Shown here: piece by piece, positions 5,937 through 11,064 of the stretch
Numbering within the stretch: position 1 is the first letter of the stretch
Layout of the letters: each line of letters begins with the position of its first letter
IMG/VR virus record: IMGVR_UViG_648276661_000004
Coordinates: 1-11,064 of that record
Source of the DNA: a virus
Lineage: Duplodnaviria > Heunggongvirae > Uroviricota > Caudoviricetes
Length of the DNA: 11,064 bases
Reading direction: 5' to 3' (one strand)
Notes under the pieces: model-generated
What the model was told of the DNA's origin: nothing
What the model saw: the letters and a program-made list of their open reading frames with translations, nothing else
Databases searched by the model: none
Made by a program: the position numbers and the translations under genes

Positions 5937-6216
5937 TAAAAAAGCCCCTCAGACCGTCTCAGCGCGTCATGACGCCCGTGAACACCTCAGCATTGAGGCT
6001 TACCATAAGCTCAACCGCGCCAGCGCCGTATCCCAGTTTGTTGGGGGTGATTTGATTCACCGTGAACTCTCCGGCCTGCATCAGCTCTACATTCCGCATA
6101 TTTTCAGCTACCTGAATGAAGATATTGATTTTGTGCTGAATGAGCTGAAAGCCAAAGGCCTGTGCCGCGATTTTCTCGCCCAGCAGAAAGACCGGGGAGA
6201 CAGGACGCATGTTTGA
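5929..6216 (+). CDS. Hypothetical protein (95 aa), GTG start overlapping the kil stop; corresponds by position to the eta/epsilon region of P4
   Basis: The frame has no in-frame ATG at all, so the start is non-ATG; GTG at 5929 overlaps the kil stop codon (GTGCGTAATAA). The stop overlaps the next gene start by 8 nt. Composition matches the backbone. Confidence 0.55.
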   Translation: MRNKKAPQTVSARHDAREHLSIEAYHKLNRASAVSQFVGGDLIHRELSGLHQLYIPHIFSYLNEDIDFVLNELKAKGLCRDFLAQQKDRGDRTHV

Positions 6217-6664
6217 TTTTCCCCAGCCCGGTGAGATTTACCGTTCTGCCGGTTTTCCCGATGTGGCCGTGGTCGGCATTCTGGAAGACGGTATTCCGTG
6301 GGAAATGCCGTACCGCTGCCCGGACATTGTCTGGAATCCGTACCGCCGTAAATTCAGTATCCTTGTGCGTATCCTCGCCGACGGGCGCACCACAGACATC
6401 CCGCTGGGGCGTTTTCTGCGGGAATTTACCTGTGACCGTCCTGACCTGTTTAAACGCAGCCCCGTAAACCGGCATGCGGTACTGAAAGAAATGGCCGGAG
6501 ACCCGGAATTACAGAAATGGCGGGAGAAATATCTGGATATTTACCCACAGGACCCTGTTCCGGTCAGCCGGGCGGCACCGGTGGCGCGGGAATGGAGGGA
6601 AATTCCCCGCACGGAGTCTGACCCGGAAATCACCCCGGATAACAGTTACCGCAATTATCTGTAA
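6209..6664 (+). CDS. Hypothetical protein, 151 aa (P4 orf151-like by length and position)
   Basis: ATG at 6209 with GGGAGA 8 nt upstream; overlaps the previous ORF stop, suggesting translational coupling. The 151-aa length and position two genes upstream of alpha match my recollection of P4 orf151. Confidence 0.8.
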   Translation: MFDFPQPGEIYRSAGFPDVAVVGILEDGIPWEMPYRCPDIVWNPYRRKFSILVRILADGRTTDIPLGRFLREFTCDRPDLFKRSPVNRHAVLKEMAGDPELQKWREKYLDIYPQDPVPVSRAAPVAREWREIPRTESDPEITPDNSYRNYL

Positions 6665-6737
6665 TTAAAAAACGACACCCGAAAAATTAAATGTGCGTAT
6701 TCGCGCAGGGATACGCACGTCTTCAGGAGACGCAGAT

Positions 6738-6803
6738 ATGCCTTATCAGTTAATGCAACCGGCACGGAATGCAGTCATCTGTCACAGGGAGGAAAACAAA
6801 TGA
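6738..6803 (+). CDS. Candidate 21-codon upstream ORF ([21 protein letters not shown]) translationally coupled to the 106-aa ORF
   Basis: ATG at 6738 with AGGAG 8 nt upstream. Its stop TGA (6801-6803) overlaps the ATG (6800-6802) of the next gene. Not on the ORF track because it is too short. Confidence 0.25.
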
Positions 6804-7120
6804 AAACACCCTTACCGCCCGTCTTACGCGCTGCCCTTTACCGTCGCGCTGTCGCCTGTGCCTGGCTGACCGTGTGCGAACGTCAGCACCGCTACCCGCA
6901 TCTCACCCTTGAATCACTGGAGGCGGCCATCGCCGCTGAGCTGGAAGGCTTTTATCTGCGCCAGCACGGTGAGGAAAAAGGGCGTCAGATAGCCTGTGCC
7001 CTGCTGGAAGATTTAATGGAATCCGGCCCCCTGAAGGCCGCGCCGTCGCTGTCCTTTCTCGGGCTGGTTGTGATGGATGAACTCTGTGCCCGTCACATAA
7101 AAGCGCCGGTACTGCACTGA
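6800..7120 (+). CDS. Hypothetical protein, 106 aa (P4 orf106-like by length and position)
   Basis: ATG at 6800 with GGGAGG 7 nt upstream. Lies immediately upstream of alpha; 106 aa. Confidence 0.8.
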
Positions 7121-7134
7121 AGGAGAACAACACC

Positions 7135-9468
7135 ATGAAAATGAACGTAACCGCCACCGTCAGCCATGCGCTCGGCCACTGGCCGCGTATTCTCCCGGCG
7201 CTGGGGATTCAGGTGCTGAAAAACCGTCATCAGCCCTGTCCGGTCTGTGGCGGGAGTGACCGCTTCCGTTTTGATGACAGGGAGGGGCGCGGCACCTGGT
7301 ACTGCAATCAGTGTGGTGCCGGTGACGGCCTGAAACTGGTTGAAAAGGTGTTTGGTGTCTCCCCGTCCGACGCGGCCACAAAGGTGGCTGCCGTGACCGG
7401 CAGCCTGCCCCCGGCTGACCCGGCAGTGACGGCTGCCGCCGTTGCTGAAACAGACGCTGCCCGGAAGAACGCTGCCGCACTGGCACAAACCCTGATGGCA
7501 AAAACCCGTCCCGGAACCGGTAACGCCTACCTGACCCGCAAGGGCTTTCCCGGCCGGGAATGCCGGATGCTGACCGGCACACACAGAGCCGGTGGCGTGA
7601 GCTGGCGCGCCGGTGACCTTGTGGTGCCACTGTATGACGACAGCGGCGAACTGGTTAACCTTCAGTTAATCAGTGCTGACGGCCGTAAGCGCACCCTGAA
7701 AGGCGGACAGGTCAGGGGCACCTGTCACATCCTTGAAGGACAGAATCAGGCCGGAAAACGTCTGTGGATAGCGGAGGGATACGCGACCGCACTTACCGTG
7801 CATCACCTGACCGGTGAAACGGTGATGGTGGCGCTTTCTTCCGTGAATCTCCTTTCTCTGGCCAGCCTTGCCCGGCAGAAGCATCCGGCCTGTCAGATTG
7901 TCCTTGCCGCAGACCGTGACCTCAGCGGTGACGGCCAGAAAAAAGCCGCCGCAGCCGCAGATGCGTGTGAAGGTGTTGTTGCCCTGCCGCCGGTCTTCGG
8001 TGACTGGAATGATGCCTTCACGCAGTACGGCGGGGAAGCCACCCGTAAGGCCATTTATGATGCCATCCGGCCACCGGCTGAAAGCCCGTTCGACACCATG
8101 AGCGAAGCAGAGTTTTCCGCCATGAGTACCAGCGAAAAGGCCATGCGTATCTATGAGCATTACGGCGAGGCGCTCGCGGTCGATGCCAACGGCCAGCTTC
8201 TGTCCCGCTATGAAAATGGTGTCTGGAAGGTGCTGCCGCCACAGGACTTTGCCCGGGATGTGGCCGGGCTGTTTCAGCGTCTGCGCGCGCCGTTCTCCTC
8301 CGGGAAGGTGGCCTCCGTGGTGGACACCCTGAAGCTGATTATTCCGCAGCAGGAAGCCCCCTCCCGCCGCCTGATTGGCTTTCGTAACGGCGTGCTCGAC
8401 ACGCAGAACGGCACGTTCCACCCGCACAGTCCGTCACACTGGATGCGTACCCTGTGCGATGTGGATTTCACCCCGCCGGTGGAAGGGGAAACGCTGGAAA
8501 CCCACGCTCCCGCGTTCTGGCGCTGGCTTGACCGTGCCGCCGGTGGTCGTGCGGAAAAACGCGACGTGATTCTGGCCGCACTGTTTATGGTGCTGGCAAA
8601 CCGCTACGACTGGCAGCTCTTTCTGGAGGTGACCGGTCCCGGCGGCAGCGGCAAAAGTATCATGGCCGAAATCGCCACCCTGCTGGCCGGGGAGGATAAC
8701 GCCACGTCGGCCACCATCGAGACGCTGGAATCCCCGCGTGAACGTGCCGCGTTAACTGGCTTCTCACTGATACGCCTGCCGGACCAGGAAAAATGGAGCG
8801 GCGACGGTGCCGGACTCAAGGCCATCACTGGCGGCGATGCGGTGTCCGTTGACCCGAAATACCGGGATGCGTACTCCACGCACATCCCGGCGGTGATTCT
8901 GGCCGTGAACAATAACCCGATGCGCTTCACCGACCGCAGCGGCGGTGTGTCACGCCGGCGGGTGATTATTCACTTCCCGGAACAGATAGCCCCGCAGGAG
9001 CGCGACCCGCAGCTTAAGGACAAAATCACCCGCGAGCTGGCGGTCATCGTGCGTCACCTGATGCAGAAATTCAGCGACCCGATGCTCGCCCGGTCACTGC
9101 TTCAGTCCCAGCAGAACTCAGACGAGGCACTGAACATCAAACGGGATGCCGACCCGACGTTTGATTTTATCGGCTATCTGGAAACCCTGCCGCAGACCAG
9201 CGGCATGTATATGGGGAACGCCAGTATCATCCCGCGTAATTACCGTAAATACCTCTATCACGCCTATCTGGCCTACATGGAGGCAAACGGCTACCGGAAT
9301 GTACTCAGTCTGAAAATGTTCGGGCTGGGGCTGCCGGTGATGCTGAAGGAATACGGACTGAATTACGAGAAGCGCCATACCAAACAGGGGATACAGACCA
9401 ACCTGACGCTGAAAGAGGAAAGCTACGGCGACTGGCTGCCAAAATGTGACGACCCTGCGACAACCTGA
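7135..9468 (+). CDS. alpha: Alpha replication protein: primase-helicase with C-terminal origin-binding domain (777 aa)
   Basis: N-terminal zinc motif CPVCGGSD...YCNQCG (primase type), a Toprim-like region, Walker A GPGGSGKS, and a 777-aa length equal to P4 alpha. AGGAG 9 nt upstream of the ATG. TGTTCACC iteron clusters on both sides are its expected binding sites. Confidence 0.95.
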   Translation: MKMNVTATVSHALGHWPRILPALGIQVLKNRHQPCPVCGGSDRFRFDDREGRGTWYCNQCGAGDGLKLVEKVFGVSPSDAATKVAAVTGSLPPADPAVTAAAVAETDAARKNAAALAQTLMAKTRPGTGNAYLTRKGFPGRECRMLTGTHRAGGVSWRAGDLVVPLYDDSGELVNLQLISADGRKRTLKGGQVRGTCHILEGQNQAGKRLWIAEGYATALTVHHLTGETVMVALSSVNLLSLASLARQKHPACQIVLAADRDLSGDGQKKAAAAADACEGVVALPPVFGDWNDAFTQYGGEATRKAIYDAIRPPAESPFDTMSEAEFSAMSTSEKAMRIYEHYGEALAVDANGQLLSRYENGVWKVLPPQDFARDVAGLFQRLRAPFSSGKVASVVDTLKLIIPQQEAPSRRLIGFRNGVLDTQNGTFHPHSPSHWMRTLCDVDFTPPVEGETLETHAPAFWRWLDRAAGGRAEKRDVILAALFMVLANRYDWQLFLEVTGPGGSGKSIMAEIATLLAGEDNATSATIETLESPRERAALTGFSLIRLPDQEKWSGDGAGLKAITGGDAVSVDPKYRDAYSTHIPAVILAVNNNPMRFTDRSGGVSRRRVIIHFPEQIAPQERDPQLKDKITRELAVIVRHLMQKFSDPMLARSLLQSQQNSDEALNIKRDADPTFDFIGYLETLPQTSGMYMGNASIIPRNYRKYLYHAYLAYMEANGYRNVLSLKMFGLGLPVMLKEYGLNYEKRHTKQGIQTNLTLKEESYGDWLPKCDDPATT

Positions 9469-9484
9469 CCCTCATGGCTCATCT

Positions 9485-9510
9485 GACCGGCATCTGCCGG
9501 TCTTTTTTTT
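9485..9510 (+). terminator. Rho-independent terminator of alpha (stem GACCGG / CCGGTC, 6-nt loop, T8 run)
   Basis: Perfect 6-bp stem GACCGG-CATCTG-CCGGTC followed by TTTTTTTT, 17 nt after the alpha stop codon. Confidence 0.7.
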
Positions 9511-9527
9511 ATCCCTGAATTCCCCGC

Positions 9528-9830
9528 AGGTGAACAATCCACTGCTCATCATTCACCGTGTATTCACCCGTTATCACACTGAAATTAAAAGAGAAAAACG
9601 AAAAGTGAACAGTGTGAACAATCAAATCAAAAAAAACTTTTTTCGCCCTGTGTGATTTCAGTGCGGAGGATTAATCCCCTGCACAAGTCACACCGGCAGA
9701 ATGCCGGAGGTGAAGAATCGAATGTTCACCCTTCACCCATTATTCACCACCTATCACTCTGAAATAAAAGGAGAAAAAAGAAAGGTGAACAGTGTGAACA
9801 GTTCTTTCGAAAAAAAATTTTTTTCCTGAG
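9528..9830. repeat. crr-like cis replication region: two ~120-bp direct repeats with 180-bp period, each carrying TGTTCACC/GGTGAACA-type iterons
   Basis: Copy A (about 9528-9646) and copy B (about 9708-9827) align along their length, for example CATTCACCGTGTATTCACCCGTTATCACACTGAAATTAAAAGAGAAAAACGAAAAGTGAACAGTGTGAACA against CCTTCACCCATTATTCACCACCTATCACTCTGAAATAAAAGGAGAAAAAAGAAAGGTGAACAGTGTGAACA. Each ends in an A-run/T-run. This matches the recalled P4 crr organisation of two 120-bp repeats separated by about 60 bp. Confidence 0.65.
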
Positions 9831-10026
9831 TTAACGTGCGTGAAGATACGTGTAAAAATTAATCGATAGATATTATATGTATAAGGATGTGTATAAATGA
9901 ATTATAATAGAAAAATATAAACGATTTGAATCAAATGGTTATATGGCAATTTTGACTCCTGTGATCTTCCGCCAAAATGCCTCTCCTGAACTCTCCCGAC
10001 GTCAACAACACTCCTTCGGAGGCGAC

Positions 10027-11064
10027 ATGTCAGACAAAGACTTAACCCAGCCCCCAGCAGGCGAGTTTATTATGTTTGCCAGCGGTGACGGAAGAGTGCG
10101 TGTTGAATGTCGCTTTGAGTCAGACACAATCTGGTTATCCCAGGCGGCAATGGCTGAACTGTACGATAAAGATGTTCGCACTATTAACGAACATTTAATC
10201 AATATATTTTCCGAAGGTGAACTTGTTCAAAACTCAACCATCCGGAAATTCCGGATAGTTCGCCAGGAAGGAAAACGTCAGGTTTCCAGAGAGATAGACC
10301 ATTACAACCTCGAAGCCATTCTCGCTGTCGGCTATCGCGTTCGCTCGCCTCGAGGCACGCAATTCCGCCAGTGGGCAACGCAGACGCTTCAGGAATACCT
10401 GATCAAAGGTTTTGTGATGGACGATGAGCGGCTGAAGAATCCGCCTGTCGGTTCATCGGTTGTGCCCGACTATTTTGATGAGATGCTTGAACGCATCCGC
10501 GATATTCGCGCCAGCGAGCGTCGGGTATATTTGCGGGTGCGGGAGATCTTTGCTTTAGCTGCCGACTATCAGCCATCGCTTAAAGAAACCACGCAATTTT
10601 TTCAAACCATCCAGAATAAACTGCATTTTGCCTGTACCGGGCATACCGCTGCGGAACTCATCCACAAACGAGCAGATGCCAGCCAGCCGCACATGGGCTT
10701 GACCAGTTATAAAGGTGAAGAGGTACGTAAGGGCGACGTGACGGTGGCAAAAAATTATCTCACCCAGGATGAGGTCAGCGAACTTAATCGCGTGGTTAAT
10801 ATGTGGCTGGACTTTGCCGAGGATCAGGCCCGTCGTCGTCAGCAAGTCTTTTTGCGCGACTGGCAGGATAAGCTGGATCAGTTCCTGCAATTTAACGACC
10901 GAGAGGTTCTACAGGGCGCTGGTAAAATCAGCAAGAAAATGGCCGATGAAAAAGCGCAGGCGGAGTATGTTCAGTTTGCCGAACAACAACGGCGCTTAAA
11001 AGAAGCCGAAGGCGAGAAGGATATCGCTGGTTTGCTACAGTGGAATAAAGAGTCGAAAAAGTAG
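10027..11064 (+). CDS. RhuM-family protein (virulence protein RhuM-like), about 345 aa
   Basis: Conserved RhuM-type N-terminal region (RVECRFESDTIWLSQAAMAELYDKDVRTINEHL ... AVGYRVRSPRGTQFRQWATQTLQEYLIKGFVMDDERLK). Start chosen at ATG 10027 with GGAGG 4 nt upstream; the track ORF begins earlier at 9943 without an SD. Stop TAG is at the window end. Confidence 0.8.
   Translation: MSDKDLTQPPAGEFIMFASGDGRVRVECRFESDTIWLSQAAMAELYDKDVRTINEHLINIFSEGELVQNSTIRKFRIVRQEGKRQVSREIDHYNLEAILAVGYRVRSPRGTQFRQWATQTLQEYLIKGFVMDDERLKNPPVGSSVVPDYFDEMLERIRDIRASERRVYLRVREIFALAADYQPSLKETTQFFQTIQNKLHFACTGHTAAELIHKRADASQPHMGLTSYKGEEVRKGDVTVAKNYLTQDEVSELNRVVNMWLDFAEDQARRRQQVFLRDWQDKLDQFLQFNDREVLQGAGKISKKMADEKAQAEYVQFAEQQRRLKEAEGEKDIAGLLQWNKESKK

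Larger units (their letters stand above)
1..9830. mobile_element. P4-type phage satellite backbone (int, cargo hotspot, cos, psu-delta-sid, vis, immunity region, alpha, crr); left end lies outside the window
   Basis: Gene order, orientations and protein lengths match the P4 satellite plan (Sid 244 aa, Delta 166 aa, Psu 190 aa, 151-aa and 106-aa ORFs, Alpha 777 aa), plus a cos 19-mer and TGTTCACC iterons. Right boundary is uncertain: it may fall between crr and the RhuM-family gene. Confidence 0.85.

Noticed and set aside
5200-6475. Minus-strand ORFs 5200-5508, 5294-5518, 5959-6210 and 6104-6475, and plus-strand ORF 6162-6467
   Set aside because: They overlap the vis, kil, 95-aa and 151-aa genes or the immunity region in the wrong frame or strand; the sense-strand genes have SDs and coupled stop/start junctions.
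7093-8471. Several long minus-strand ORFs (7093-7584, 7160-7630, 7666-8427, 8018-8242, 8274-8471) inside the alpha gene
   Set aside because: They lie antisense to a well-supported 777-aa gene in GC-rich DNA where long stop-free antisense frames arise by chance; no SD or start context and Arg/Gly/Pro-rich low-complexity translations.
9446-9655. 69-aa ORF across the alpha terminator and the first crr-like repeat
   Set aside because: It runs through a terminator hairpin and iteron repeats; this is a low-complexity artefact of repeat DNA.
9528-9830. Possible CRISPR array suggested by periodic repeats
   Set aside because: There are only two copies, about 120 bp long, imperfect, and composed of TGTTCACC-type iterons. 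This is a replication cis-region, not CRISPR repeat-spacer architecture, and no cas genes are present.
10002-10999. ORFs 10002-10202 (-), 10555-10890 (-) and 10769-10999 (+) overlapping the RhuM-family gene
   Set aside because: Nested in or antisense to a gene with conserved family motifs.
1-11064. tRNA gene or attachment-site core expected next to a P4-type integrase
   Set aside because: I found no tRNA-like cloverleaf or recognisable att core inside the window. The int 5' end and presumably the tRNA/att lie upstream of position 1, so no feature is reported.

Overview
The window is almost entirely one mobile element: a P4-type phage satellite in prophage-like arrangement. From left to right it carries the 3' part of a tyrosine integrase (5' end cut by the window), an AT-rich two-gene cargo cassette on the minus strand (737-2431), a P2/P4-type cos site, the late operon sid-delta-psu with a delta-responsive promoter, TGTTCACC iterons (ori-like), vis, an antisense-RNA immunity region (seqA / CI-like RNA / seqC) followed by a kil/icd-like gene, three small ORFs (95, 151 and 106 aa), the 777-aa alpha primase-helicase with its terminator, two ~120-bp crr-like direct repeats, and a RhuM-family gene that ends at the window edge. 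The main hunt result is the cargo cassette between int and cos, the locus where P4-like satellites are known to carry variable anti-phage systems: a 386-aa soluble protein followed by a tightly coupled 177-aa multipass membrane protein. I cannot assign either protein to a family from sequence alone, and I cannot exclude that they are the classical P4 gop/beta pair. All identifications rest on reading the sequence and recalled family knowledge; no database search was run.
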